64,000 bases of DNA. Origin: Callorhinchus milii (taxonomy: Eukaryota). The stretch spans positions 63,800,001 to 63,864,000 of the forward strand of contig NW_024704743.1 of assembly GCF_018977255.1 (NCBI RefSeq), read 5' to 3'. The position numbers and the translations under genes were made by a program. Within the stretch, counting starts at the first letter, position 1; the number at the start of each line of letters is the position of its first letter. A model generated the notes under the pieces. The model did no database searches. It worked only from the letters and a program-made list of their open reading frames with translations, and was not told where the DNA came from. Shown in pieces: positions 13,448 through 26,757 of this stretch.

Positions 13448-13935
13448 GTGCTTAGGTAGTATGTCTATATGGAACTCTTAAGCATGGTGATCACTTTCCT
13501 CACCTGGTTCCTATTGAGAAATGGTCCTAGGAGGTGCTGGACACTTTTTGATATCTCTTCAAGGTGACCATTAATCATCTGTGAATCTTGACAGTGAGTT
13601 AGTAGCCTATTCAAAAGTTGGGAGGAGGATTTCTTCCAAAGATACCATTTTAATGGCTTAAAAAAAAGTAATATCCATAAATGAATTAAAACTGGAATGT
13701 ATTAATTAGTTCCTTTATATTATTGATTTCCATGATTTTGTCATTCCATTCAGTCCTCATCGATATAAGGCAAATTGCACTACAAAACTGTCAGGCACAA
13801 GAAACAAATGAAATGACTTTAATCAGATTAGGACAATTATTTCTCACTTGATGTAATCTTATCCACATCTGGGAAAATCCATTTTCTTCTCTTGGTTTCA
13901 CCAGAAAACAGTGCAAACTTTATGAACAATATATA

Positions 13936-14296
13936 TTACAATATTGATTGCATTTGATTTGGCGCCTATCACATTGTTGAGACATCTCCAAGTGCTGCAT
14001 AGAATATACTGTAAAGTGAACTGATTATATTTTGAGGGCAAAACACGGCAGACAATTGCGCACAGCAGTTTGCAACAAACAGTCGTGGACTGAGTGACCA
14101 AATTATTATTTATTTTTTGAAGGGATTATTAGCCCCGGAAAGCAGTCCTCCAATCCACTAAAAACTGCGTTCCTGCGTTCCTACTTATTGCTAGGTGTGT
14201 GGAGTAAGGAAACTTGCCTAAGGTTTTGCCCTGCCTGAGAATTGAACCCAGGTCCTCTCGCTTGTGAGGCAAGTGTGCTAACCACTACACTACAGG
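13936..14296 (-). mobile_element. SINE, long subfamily, just downstream of the MOCOS stop
   Basis: Reverse-complement similarity from head to tail. Confidence 0.85.
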
Positions 14297-14499
14297 TTAT
14301 TAAGAACAAAGGAATTGCTGGACNAAAAAAGACCAAAGCCCATCTAATTCGCCTTCTACCATCCTAGAAGTTGTATGCTACAATAATGGAAAGGTTCATT
14401 ATATCAGTATTTTTATCAAGGTTAACAAAATTATAACTGCAATTAATAATGGATTTTAAAGGCTTGAAGGACCAAATTTGAAACCATATCTATTTCTAT

Positions 14500-14505
14500 T
14501 TTAAT
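14500..14505 (-). promoter_or_regulatory. Candidate polyadenylation signal (ATTAAA) for MOCOS
   Basis: First ATTAAA/AATAAA-type hexamer downstream of the stop codon on the minus strand. The context is AT-rich, so it could be chance. Confidence 0.3.
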
Positions 14506-14572
14506 AGTGTCTCAGAGCCCTTACACACTTGTAGAAGCCATTCAGATCACTTCTAGATCATTGATGAGGATA

Positions 14573-14707
14573 TTAATGTCCAGCAGAAGGTGTAGCAGGT
14601 TTTTCTTCTCCTTTTTTCACAAAGGAAACCAAAGATCCTACAGACAACACTCTGCAGTACTCTGACATTCCTGGTGTTTGATGAATCAGGTACGCCCCAA
14701 AGGTTAC
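14573..14707 (-). CDS. MOCOS: MOCOS terminal coding exon (about exon 15)
   Basis: ttctttacag|GTA..., 135 nt including TAA. Translates VTFGAYLIHQTPGMSEYCRVLSVGSLVSFVKKGEEKPATPSAGH*, cf. MOCOS VNFGMYLMH...LSVGSQV. Confidence 0.92.
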   Translation of the reverse strand, partial: VTFGAYLIHQTPGMSEYCRVLSVGSLVSFVKKGEEKPATPSAGH

Positions 14708-15882
14708 CTGTAAAGAAACTGCAGTTAGTTAAAAGGTCACAGATTATTTAATTGTTGCTGTGAAAAATGCTTTTCTTTTCGGGTCGGAGCAGGAGGAGGT
14801 AAGTGGGCTCTCCTTGGATCTGAACTGATGATAGCTCACGGAGCCTGGTGCAGGAAAGGAAACAATATTTTGGAAATGGGGTAAAGCATGGAGGTAGGGT
14901 TTAATTGTCCTAACTGTCGATACCAATTCAATTCTATTGAAGAGCCATATTCTTCTATTAAGAGATTACAAGATCTGTAATTAAGTTTTTTATTTTGTTT
15001 CTTCCACTCTTTCCATTAATTTCCTTTTAAATATCTTTTTGAACATTCCTTTTTACATTTTGCACAACTTTCATATCATGTGTTATTGAGCTCAATGTGA
15101 CCAAACACCACCAAGAGGCAGGAATGGGCTCTTCAATAGAATTGATATTGTCTATCATGACAGCGCCATCCAGTAGTTTGGATCTGGTATTACAATAACA
15201 ATTCCTATTTATATAGTGCCTTTCACATTAGGAAACATCTTGAAGTGCTTGAATAATGCACGAAGCAGGGAAATTAGAGATTTAATGGCACTGATCCGAA
15301 AGGCACAGTTGAAAACAGCTACTTAAAGATAGCGGTTTGGTTTTGGAAGAGCATTCAAAAGTAGGGTTGCTACCTGGCCAGTTTTTAATGAACCAGGTAT
15401 GGGGCATACCAAGATGCACGCGTACCCCTTTCTCTTCTCCCCAACCCGACCTGCCCACTTATGCATTGCAATCACTGCCTTTGCCAAGATGCGCCCGCTC
15501 ACTCTCTAGAGCTCCATTTTTAGAGCCCCCGTGACTCCTCCCTTTAAGGCACATCAAGACCTAACTCTTTGACCATCCTTTTCGTCCTCTTTTCTCACCC
15601 GACCTTCCTTGGCTCCCACCCCCAGTTTGGGTGCCCAGCCAGTAGTTTGAGCACTTTGAGATATCCTTAGAAAATGAAAGGGGCGCTGTGTAAATGTTAT
15701 GTTTCTGGAACTTCTAACAATGCATCACATCCCCAGCACTGCATTGGAGTGTCAGCTTAGGCTATATAAGTTCAAAGTTACAATGGTGGGCTTGAACTCA
15801 CAACCACCTGACTCAAGCGAGACTACCAGATGAGCCAGCCTGATGCACTGAAATGCAAGACTACAACTAGAACCAGTCATAC

Positions 15883-15987
15883 CTTTCTATCACGGCACAA
15901 AGCTAGAGTCTGTAGGGGTTCATTACTTCTTTTTCCATTCACTTGATCGATGCAAATCATTTGACATCTGCTACATTGCCCCACCAC
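15883..15987 (-). CDS. MOCOS: MOCOS internal exon (about exon 14), MOSC CxRC motif
   Basis: ctttgcag|GTG...AAAG|gtatga, 105 nt, phase 0 to 0. Translates VVGQCSRCQMICIDQVNGKRSNEPLQTLALCRDRK. Confidence 0.96.
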
Positions 15988-16785
15988 CTGCAAAGTAAAT
16001 ATATTTTTTATGATTATCTTCCAAAAGCCACCTGCCTCTCAAATCCCTTTATAATTGGTTATGTCTTTCAAATTTTTAAAACGATGAATGAGTATTCAAA
16101 TGTAGCCTTTCTAAAACAATATTTTGTCTGGATCAACGAACGATTCTGTGCTTATTTGGGTATAAGATGGGCAACTCAAAAGAAAATCAATTGGAAAGAC
16201 AAACAAAAAAGAATTGAATCTATAGCAGCCTGGCCATGTCCAATCAGAATGTTTCTTATCCCTGTAATTTGATATAAAAAATATACAGCAATGTTTACCG
16301 TTTTGTCTGTTTGCAGAGCCTAATTTATTCAAAGTGTACCAGAGCTCTTTATGCCTTTTTGGATATCGTCCTCCTGACGTGAAAGGGGCTATACAAATGT
16401 AATTTTGCTGCTGCTGCTGTTGATATAATAAACCCTTTCTTGATTGTCTCCTAATTTTCAGTGATGAATTACAAACCCTCTAACCAATACATTAGCAATG
16501 CTAAAATTACAGCACTCGGGACACATATTCCAAAGCAGAAATGCTTACCATGTCAACATAATGCATTAGCTCAGCCTCTCCAAATGTACAATCTGTATAT
16601 AAACTGGTTCAAATTCTTAAAATATAAAAAGAGCAAGCTATTTAAGAATAATAAAGATGCATTTACTTTTGTGAAAGAAGCTGTATTATTTAGTTAGGAA
16701 CCATATATTGTGTAAATACTGCTTTGCAGTTTATCAGAGAGTGATTAAACAATTGTACAATGGTTATGTGAAACACTCAATTCAC

Positions 16786-16933
16786 CTGAAAATATGTACC
16801 ATCCATAACCACCTCAGCCCAGTCATCTTCTTCATATGGTCTCTTTCCACTTATCACGAGGTTGGCACGAAAACGATGGATTAGCTCTTCAGTTTTTAGT
16901 GCTTGAATAGAACTAGAATTACGTGCTCCATCT
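16786..16933 (-). CDS. MOCOS: MOCOS internal exon (about exon 13), MOSC domain
   Basis: aatgtag|AG...TTCAG|gtgaat, 148 nt, phase 2 to 0. Translates (R)DGARNSSSIQALKTEELIHRFRANLVISGKRPYEEDDWAEVVMDGTYFQ, with the RFRxN and EEDxW MOSC motifs. Confidence 0.96.
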
Positions 16934-18491
16934 CTACATTAAACACAGATCAATTATATTGAATAATGACTGGGAAACAAATAACGTTTGCTCCATACAC
17001 TTTGTTCATTGTGTTTTTAAGACTTTTAAAACAGAATAGGTGCTGAGAATTATTCTCGGAAGTTTCACCAAGGCATTTTTATTTGTCAATCAGTTTCTCA
17101 TGATAGTGAATTCACAATTTTCACACTGTTATAGCCACTTTGAGAAACTGAACTAATATACTGCAGAGAAGATCAAATTCTAGCAACATTCCATGTCTTC
17201 TTTAATAATCTGAAAGCAACATTATTAAATTGCAAACTGCATCAGTGATTATTCCAAGAGTTTTATTGTACTTTCATGTTCTGACAAGTAAAGTCTTGCA
17301 AACATGCCCCTTTTCACCTTGTGGTACTTTGCGTTTTCACAGAAATGCTTGTGTCACCTCTTTGATCAAGTAGCCAAATAAGTTCATAAAAACTCTTTTG
17401 AACACATTGCCAAACCAGCCATAAAAATGTGCTTCAGCATCTAAATAATAATATTCCCTAGGAGTTAATTGAAGCTCTCTTGAATACCTCGCCAATAATT
17501 TTGCTGAACTGCTTTTCCATATTACTCCTATTATGAAAGCTATTAAAGACAACAGTGGATGAGTTCTGCCTTGCTTTAATTATGTTGAGAAAATCTGATG
17601 AACATCATCTGCTACTAAACTACAAATACAGTAATAGAAAATGATTAGAACTACAACAACAACAAATTACATTTGTTTAGCACCTTTCACGTTGGGAAAA
17701 TGTCACAAGGTGCTGGACAGTCAAGGATTTGGGCCTAGGACCAGTCAAGGATAAACCTAAGTGAATTTCACCCCAGAACATCAATGGATACAGCCTTTGC
17801 CAGCTTTCAACTGTTTTTCACTTTATACTATTCTTGAACACCATTGTGATATATTGGCATGAAATATGCAGCATTTCATCAGGTACTGGATGTGAACATC
17901 CAATACATCATGATACACCTATATTCCTATCTTGGAAGCCCGCAAATTTTGAGCCATTTCTATCAGGCCTCCAATCTCTAAAATTATAAATTGGGCTGGG
18001 AGAAATTTTGCACTTCTTTTCCAGATAATGGCCTAAAAATAAACATAAAACTAATAAAATACTAAAAAAATTAAGGCAAAGAGCCAGGCTTGTGGCTAGA
18101 ATTTAAAAAATAAAACTTAGATTGTTTTTAAAAATATGCCGCTGATCCAAGACCGAACAAGCCAGCAGGGAAAAAACATTTGGAGGGGCATTCAGCTCCA
18201 ACTAAACATTAAATACTGTAGTAGACACAAAGGATCATAGATTCCATCTGTGTAATAATTAACATCATTGAGTGATAATCATCTATCACTGTCCATAAAT
18301 TTCCCCCATAGGTGTTGCAGAAACATAGCATCTTATGTAACATGAAACACTCGGTCACTAAAAATAATTTGTACACATTAAATACTGTAGATTTAATCTC
18401 AACTACTAATTTAGAAATAATTTCTACCAAAGATTTTATATTCAAGTGAAACAATATTCAACAATTTCCTATCATTTAAAATGATAATCAG

Positions 18492-18830
18492 TGTAGTTTA
18501 GTGGTTAGAGCACTTGCTTCGCAAGTGAGTGGATCTGGCAGGGCGAAATATTGGGCAAGTTTCCGTACTCTACACACCTCTGTTTACCTAGCAGTAAGTA
18601 TGAACCCGGTTGTTAGTTGATTGGCAGATCGCTTTTCCAGGGGTAATAATCCCTTCAAAAAAAAATGTGGTCGCTCAATCCATGACTGTTTGTGGAACAC
18701 TGCTGTCCGCAATTAGCTGCTGAGTTTCGCCCGCAAAATACACAGTCAATTCACTTTACGGTATACTCTGTGAAGTGCTTTGAGACGTCTTCAAGACGTC
18801 ATAATCAAATATCAAATGCAAGGATTATAT
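18492..18830 (+). mobile_element. SINE, long subfamily, diverged
   Basis: Colinear with 49106-49468. Confidence 0.85.
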
Positions 18831-20854
18831 ACACAGCTTCAAAAATGTACATTTAACATAAAATTAGAACCTATTCTGAAGTGACAAGTATTAAACTAAA
18901 ATTAGCACTGTCAAAGTTTAATCTATTGATCTGTATCTCAATTTCTGTTTTGTGTTTGCTAGATATCGTTAGGCAAGAACTCAATATAAACAAGAGTGGT
19001 CGAAAATGTTGCGACGTTGAGAATGTCAATTTACAATGAGAAAACACCGTTGTAAGGCCATCTTGTGAAATACACTTTATACAATTTAAATAGAATTTCA
19101 TGACAATGATTTTATGGTCTATTGGTGATATTCTGTATAAAACATGAACTCTTAAAAAATACTTTATGTCATACCTGGATATAAAATACACATAATCATT
19201 ACTACTTGACAATAAAGGTGCTGTACCATTTTACCAGATGTTTAATATGATACACATGGTGCAAAACTCTGGAACTCAGAGTGGCCTCTGAGGTTGTCCA
19301 TACCTGTGGACCTACAGCGGGGTCACTAGATAACAATCACACATTAGAAGCATGACAGATTTGCTACCTTCCTAATCCGAGCAGCTCAAGGCAGTTGTAG
19401 ATCCTTTAATATTAGTGTTGGCCTGGTGGGTATCAGGAAACTCAGCATATCCCAGGAATGCAATATGGGACCTCCCCAATCTATACAACTCAGCTACACA
19501 CTGAAGAAACTCACTGAACCATTAGGGAGCCATCCTTGGGTTTTTAAATTTAAACGTGTTCACTTTCATTCTGCTTTTGTGATCTAAGTCACGTATTCTG
19601 CATATGGAGTGAATAGACAGGAAGTGGCTTCCTCCTGAATCCATTTCAATACTGAGCCTGAAGAAGCAAGGTTTGCTCTATTGAACTTTTGGCTCACACA
19701 TGGAAGGATATCAGCTTTTCCTTTTGTTGTTTACTAAAATACTGGACTCCCAGTAACTGGCAGTCGAGGGTGAGGCTTAAATCCAACACCAACTTGGTCC
19801 TTCCCAATTGCCTCCGGGGAATTCTGTTGCAATGGGACTTATTCTAACTGCAGATGATGTTTTAATCTTTCTTATAACATTGTGAAAGCTGGATTTTTCC
19901 CTACAGGACTCAACTTTATGATAAGTTGCATTTAAATTCATTGGCCTGTTTTGACTCTAAATATTACTTCTATGGATTCAGTATCAATATTTAGCTGCAT
20001 GATTCTATAGAAGCAAAAACATTTAAAATGTTCTGCCAAGTCCACCATCTGCTGCCATACAGAAAGAAACACAAGTCCAGCTGCCCAGTGATACTACCAT
20101 TGGGCAGTGCATGTCAGCTTTATCACTGTTGTGTGAGAGAAGGCAGTGAAAGTTTCATCACATCATGCAAGACATTTGTTATCATTGTATGTTGACGTTT
20201 TTGTATCTAATAGGATTTGTTGAAAAGTAAGCATCCACATCAGTTACCAAACCAAAACCAAATCATACCATTGCTAATTTAAAGGCGAGTAAACATAAAT
20301 ATGCTTTGCTTTGAACCCCATTTAAAATAGATCGCAGGGATTTTGTGTTTCAGCCTGGTTGTGAGGCTGCTGGTTACCATCAGGATTCCCTGTTAGAGAT
20401 TCTGATTAGTGAATCTTGTTGCAAATCACTATTTTTAGACCTCAATGAAACACTTAGAAAGGGAAACCTCTGGATCAAGAGGTGTGATTATGTGGTGAAA
20501 GGAAACAAAATTACCTCAAAGAGATTAACAGTTGTTAGGTTAATAGCAAGATGCTTATCATTTCAGAAGATAAAGAAAGCCGTTTACTTCAAATTACTGC
20601 TTATTTTGATCAATAACGTGAGAAAATGTGTGAAATTTAAGACAATTTTTCTAACAAATTCTCTTCCTCATTAAAAATTAACTTGCTTAAAACCATTCCA
20701 ATAGATGTGCAATGATTATTTCTTCACATGAAAATTACAGGTGATATTGACTTGGTGTCATATTTCAAGTGTCGTTTGCAATTTTTTTTCGATTATACAT
20801 GAGACTACTTATACAACATTGCTTCAAAATCCAATTTGACTGAATCTTTCCTAC

Positions 20855-20960
20855 CTGTTTACTATCTGCTCCTTGAGATGGTTTATACTCGCTCTGTTTA
20901 TGAGAAGATACTGGGCTTCATTCACCAGTGACAGGGTATGTGTTTGGGTCAAACCCTGGC
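20855..20960 (-). CDS. MOCOS: MOCOS internal exon (about exon 12), start of MOSC domain
   Basis: tttaag|GC...AACAG|gtagga, 106 nt, phase 1 to 2. Translates (G)QGLTQTHTLSLVNEAQYLLINRASINHLKEQIVN(R); LSLVNEAQYLLIN is a MOCOS signature. Confidence 0.96.
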
Positions 20961-22486
20961 CTTAAACCAAAAATTAAAAATAAATTTATTATTGCATATG
21001 TAGAACAGCAGCAACAACAATTTGCATTTATATAAGAACTTTAACATTGGAGATCATTGGAGACCTAGTAGTACCTTGAGCAGGGGGTGAGATAGGGATT
21101 GAGTGAGAGGCCACTCAAGATCCTAAAAGAGATAAGGTTTTAGATGGATTTTGAAAGTAGAGAGAGAAGGAATTTGATGGAGGGAATTGGAGAGAGATTT
21201 ACTGTATCTGTGACTCTCTTTCCAATTCCCTCCATTGCATTCCTCTCACATTCTTTCCACTATCTGTAACCGGTGGAGATGTAGAAGGTGGGAAACATGA
21301 ATTGGCAGAGCGGAAGTTGGGGTCGGGAGTAGAGCCACAGTTTGATAAAGAAACAAAATGGGCAATGTGGTTGAGGTAGATGTAGCTCGAAAAAGGATCA
21401 TAAGTAAAATCTATATTAATAATGTAAGGTTATATTAGTTTGACTATTATTGCAAACTAGTAAAGTAATTTTCAAGTAGACATTTTAACAATAAATCATA
21501 ATAATCCTTGCATTTTGATATAGTGCTTTATCACATCATCAAAACATCTGAAAGCGCTTCACAGAATACATTGTAAAGTGAATTGACTATTTTGTGGGCG
21601 AAATACGTGTTACATGTTGCAAAATCTCTTGCAGGCTATGAGCTAACTAAAACCAGGTATGAGTCAACAATGCAACACACACACAAAGTGAAAGGAATCA
21701 AATTGCATACATCTACTGGTTCCTCACCTGGAGACTGCTGGCAACTCATATGTACATTGTGCTTGCAATATTAAAATGCCCTTTAATACCAAACAAATGT
21801 TCGGTCTTGTTTTATTATTATCGTACCTTATTTGAAAGTCAGACCTAGAATATATAGTTGTTAAAGGACCCCTAGCATTATTTCAAAGGGCAGGGAGCTC
21901 TCCTATTTTCCTCTCTTAGTCAAAAATGCTGAAAAAAACAGATTAACTATAATAAATATAATAATCCTTGATTCCCGGTAGGGCGAAAACTTGGGCAAGT
22001 TTTCTTACTCCACATGCCTGATAATAATCCCTCAAGAAAAAAAACAATAATAAATTGGTCATTTCAGTCCACGACTGTTTGTGGGACACTGCTGTGTGTG
22101 ATTGGCTGCCGCATTTTGCTCACAAATATACAGTCAATTCACTTTACAGTATATTCTGTGAAGAGATTTGAGACGTCTAGAAGACGTGAAAAGCACTATA
22201 TCAAGTGCAAGGATTATTATTTGATATAGCCCCTTATCACATCTTCAAGACGTTCGAGGAATGCTGTGATTTACGATATTGCTTGGTATGTTTATCATTT
22301 CCAATAACCTTAAGAGTTGGTTTACCACATTTTCGGAGTCTGAGGCTACCTGTGATACTGAACACTCCTATTCCAAAGATGTTCACCCACATCAATATCC
22401 AAAGGCCACACTACCAAAGTCACAGCCATTTGCAATCTGAGGCAGACGACAGCTACTTCAATCTACAGTAAAATTCAGTGCCACGT

Positions 22487-22802
22487 AATAATAATAATCC
22501 TTGCATTTGATATAGCGCTTTTCACGTCTTCTAGATGTCCCAAAGCGCTTCACAGAATATACTGTAAAGTGAATTGACTGTATATTTGTGGGTGAACGTG
22601 GCCGCCAATTGCGCACAGCAATGTCCCACAAACAGTCGTGGATTGAAAATGACGAATTTATTATTGTTTTGTGTTTTGGAGGGATTATTATTAGGCTCTG
22701 TGTGGAGTAAGGAAACTTGCCCAAGGTTTCGCTCTGCCTGGAATTGAACTCAGGTCTCTCGCTTGCAAACCGAGTGCTCTAACCACTGAGCCACAGGACT
22801 CC
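22487..22802 (-). mobile_element. Young SINE, short subfamily
   Basis: Same head, body and tail, but carries the TAGAA tail loop of the long subfamily. Confidence 0.92.
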
Positions 22803-23149
22803 ACAACCAATAGGACACTTTTTATAACAGTATATTAACAGAACTCAGAAAAAACATGGTTACACAATACTGTAATGAGGAAGTGGGGCTGGCTAGTTGA
22901 GGCCATGGGAGGGGGTGGGGGAGTCAGTCAGAGTGGGAGCATGTTGTCTAGTCAGTCTGGGAACAGAGTTGCAATGTAGAGGTGAGTGAGGATTGTGATT
23001 CTGTGAGGTATAGCGGGCTGAGCAGGGGACGAGTTGGCGTGATTTGGCCTATCAGCTGCCAGTCCATTTCCCTCGCCATACCGCAGATGTCAAGGATCAT
23101 CCAGATCCTTCGAGTATGTGAGACCTGTTTAATGGATATGGGCTTAAGA

Positions 23150-24712
23150 CAGGGTGGTCCAACTTTTTGGTTGCTGAGGGCCGGATGCCGCATTTGAGAA
23201 ACATCCGCAGGCCACATAAGCAATATTTTTCTGTTTCCCTTTCAGAAACCTAACATAACATTTACACAATGCCTTTTTTATGTTGGAAGGATCTCTCAAA
23301 GCGCTCAATACTGCCAGCTGGGCACCTGAGCTGGAACTGGGAGCTGAGGGCAGTCCGTCGGGAGGTGAAAAGAGGACCGGTCAAAGAGTTAGGTATTGAT
23401 CTTCCTTGAAAGAGGAGAGGGGAGGGAGGAAACGAGTCAGAGGGACTCCAGGAATGGAGTTCAAGAGAATGGGGGCAAAATTGTGATAGTGAGGCAGTTG
23501 GGGTGGAGGGGGGGGGGTGGAGGACAAGCCAGTGTTTGCTGGGCAAAGGGATGGCTGGGTGGGGAGATCACAGAGGTAGGGTGGGGAGGGAGGATGAAGT
23601 TTTTCACTGGAGAAAGAGGGAGCTTTCTGTGAGGAAATGGCACGGCATGGTGTCTATTCTCGGATCCCCCACACGATGGCCAAAGGAGGCTCCGATCGTC
23701 TGTCCTGATAGTGAACCATGAAACGCTGAACTCGTTTCCCCTCTCTCTCCCTCTCCCACACTCTCTCTCTCATACACTCTCATTCACTCCCTCACATACA
23801 TTCTTTCTCAATTACTCTTAATTATGTGGAGTCCTGTTAGCTCAGTAGTTCAAGCACTCGTCTCACAAGCGAAAGGACCTGGGTTTGATTCCGGGCAGGG
23901 GCGAAACGTTGGGCAAGTCTTCTTACTCCATACGCAAGTTTACACAGCAGTAAATTGGAACCCGGTTGTTAGTTGATTGGCGGATTGCTTTTCCGGGGGT
24001 AATAACCCCTTAAAAACAAAATAATAATTTGATCACTCAATCTACCACTGTTTGTGGGACACTGCTGTGCGCAATTGGCTGCTGCATTTCGTCCATAAAA
24101 TATACAGTCAATTCACTTTACATTCTATTCTGTGAAGTGCTTTGAGACGTCTAGAACAACAAGATTACATTTGTATAGAAGATGTAATAAGGCGCCATAT
24201 CAAATGCAAGGATTATTATTCTCTTTATCCTCCCTCACACACACTCTTCTCCTTTCTCACACATGCTCTCAATTACTCTCTCACTGCCACTCTCTCATAC
24301 CCTCCCTTCTCTCTACCCCCACTCCCCCACCTCAATCACTCTCTCAATCACCCTCTCTCTGTCTTTCAATCAGCCACATGGCTCACTATCTGCCAGCGGG
24401 AATGGACTCTCCCGGCTCACTATCTGGCAGTGGGAGGAGCCGGGAGTGAGTAAGAAGACCTGCTACCTTCTCCTCAGCTTGAGAGTGGCTCACTGAGCTG
24501 TGGGGAGTGGAAATAATGCTGCCAATTACTGCAGGCTGTCATGGAGCCCCTCTGAGGGGAAAGAAATTGAATCTCCTTACCAACCACGTCCTCCCAACTG
24601 CCGGCTCCTGCTGCTACCATGAGAGGACAGTTAGCCGGGAAGCGGGGAGCAGGTGGGCCAGATGAAATCTTTCCCCGGGTACTGCATGTGGTCCACCAGT
24701 TGGATCATCCTG
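23150..24712. mobile_element. Non-autonomous hAT-like DNA transposon with nested insertions
   Basis: TIRs CAGGGTGGTCCAAC and GTTGGATCATCCTG (12/14 complementary), and an 8-bp putative TSD gcttaaga / gcttcagc (6/8). No transposase ORF. Confidence 0.7.
23828..24220 (+). mobile_element. SINE, long subfamily, nested inside the hAT element
   Basis: Colinear with 49106-49468. Confidence 0.88.
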
Positions 24713-26435
24713 GCTTCAGCTGTTTAAGAGCCGTTCCCACATCCAGGAAGGCATGTTTTAGCGGGTCAGAGTTTGTTTTTGTGTGTCCAGTTGATCAAAA
24801 TTAATAACCCTAGCTTTTGATGTTGTGCATAATCATCTCATCAAAATATACGAAATTTACTGTAAAGTGTAATGACTGTATATTTGTGGGGAAATGCAGC
24901 AACCAATTTGTGCCCAGCATTATCCCACAAACAGCCATGAAGAGAAAGACCAATTTTATCTAGGGGATTGTTGGCCAGGATGCTGAGAGAAACTCCATTC
25001 TCTTTTCGGATAGTATCATGGGATCTTTAACGTCTATCTGAACTGGCAGATGGGACTTCAGGTTAATGTCTCATCTGAAGGATGGCACCCGTAACAATGC
25101 AACACACTCCAACACTGTACTGCAGAGCCAGACTAGACTATAGGCTCAAAGTGGGATTCAATTGATGAAGAACCATGAACCAAGAGAATAATGTTACAGG
25201 ATCTCAAATGGCCTACTTATCTTCTCTGCTTTTTTGTTCTAAAACCTGACTTCTCTGGAACTCAATGAATTGCATATGCAGACTACTGTATTGTTTTTTT
25301 TAAAAAAAGATTTGTTTCCTCCAAAACCTTTTTTGAGACATAGCAAAACAAGGAGAAACAGTTAGATGAGTCAAAGTACCATGCAACCTGAACATTGTAT
25401 CAAATTCAGTGAAGTGTTTGGGAGCTAGAAAATATGAAGAACTCATGAATTGGAAATAGCTTTTGTACTTTGAAATTCAGTGATAAATTGACTATAACAT
25501 GAAAGGTTGTTTCACTGGTACTTTGCACTTAGCTACTCATTTCCAAGCAATCCTCCAGTACGGTGAAGATGTCTATGTGAGTCACTAATAGAGATTCTAT
25601 GATGTCATAAATATAGATTTAAAAGGAGCCGCATCCGCTCTTCACAAACTAATTGCCAATTTCAGGTCCATTTTGTAAAAAAATAATCTAATTTTTAGAG
25701 TTGATAAAATGTGAAAGCAAAGGAGTGCAATTAATAGCAGATTATATGGGTGAGATGAGACCAGTGGCGATATGGTAAGTGGCAGTGACTTATGAAGGGC
25801 TTTGCAAGTCACACTTTAAAAAAGATCAATCACAGTGTATTATTATACAGTATTATCAGTGTATTATTATACAGAATAATGGACAAGGCAGCAAGGAAGG
25901 CAGAGTTTGGAAGACACCGGAGTAGAGCTAAGCTTGTCTAGAAACATTATGCAAACTCTGAACATGTGTTAGTGCCTAGCAGCTATATTTTATATCAACC
26001 TGGATGCCAAGGACAACCCGAGGCTCCTCTTTTCTACCACAAACTAGCTCCTCCGTCCACCTTCCCATGCCTCTCCCATCCTCTCCTCCACTTGAAATGC
26101 AAAGAGATGATGGTCTTCCTTGACTCCAAAGTCCAGGGGATCCACTCTGCTGCCTCAGTCCTTTCTACTGACACCCTCCCCTCTGCCTCACACCCATCCT
26201 CCCTCCATACTTTTGACTCTGTTTCCCCTCTGATCTCACCTCCTCATTTCCCAAATGAAACCCATGACCCCATTCTTATCCCTCTCCTTATCTCCCAGCT
26301 CCATCTACTTTCCCCCCAATAAACAGACATAATCAACTTCTCTCTGTCCACTGACAATGTACCTACCCCTTTAAAAAACAGCCATCATCACACCCACCCT
26401 AAAAAAAACCTTTCCTTGAACCGTCTATGTTCTCT

Positions 26436-26757
26436 ATAATAATAATAATAATCCTTGCATTTGATATAGCGCTTTTCACGTCGGGAGGACGTCCCAAAGC
26501 GCTTCACAGAACACACTGTAAAGTGAATTGACTGTATATTTGTGGGCGAACGCGGCAGCCAATTGCGCACAGCAATGTCCCACAAACAGTCGTGGATTGA
26601 AAATGACCAATTTATTATTATTGTTTTTGGTTTTGGAGGGATTATTATTAGGTGTGTGGAGTAAGGAAACTTGCCCAAGGTTTCGCTCTGCCTGGAATTG
26701 AACTCAGGTCTCTCGCTTGCAAAGCGAGTGCTCTAACCACTGAGCTACAGGACTTCC
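26436..26757 (-). mobile_element. Young SINE, short subfamily
   Basis: Near-identical to the other short copies, with a (TTA)n tail. Confidence 0.93.

Noticed and set aside
1..14500. Expected next gene downstream of MOCOS (FHOD3 in mammals)
   Set aside because: I saw no CpG island and no exon encoding a recognisable FHOD3 N-terminus in this interval.
25832..25874. Short tandem duplication of cagtgtattattatacag
   Set aside because: Ordinary slippage-type duplication with no further structure.
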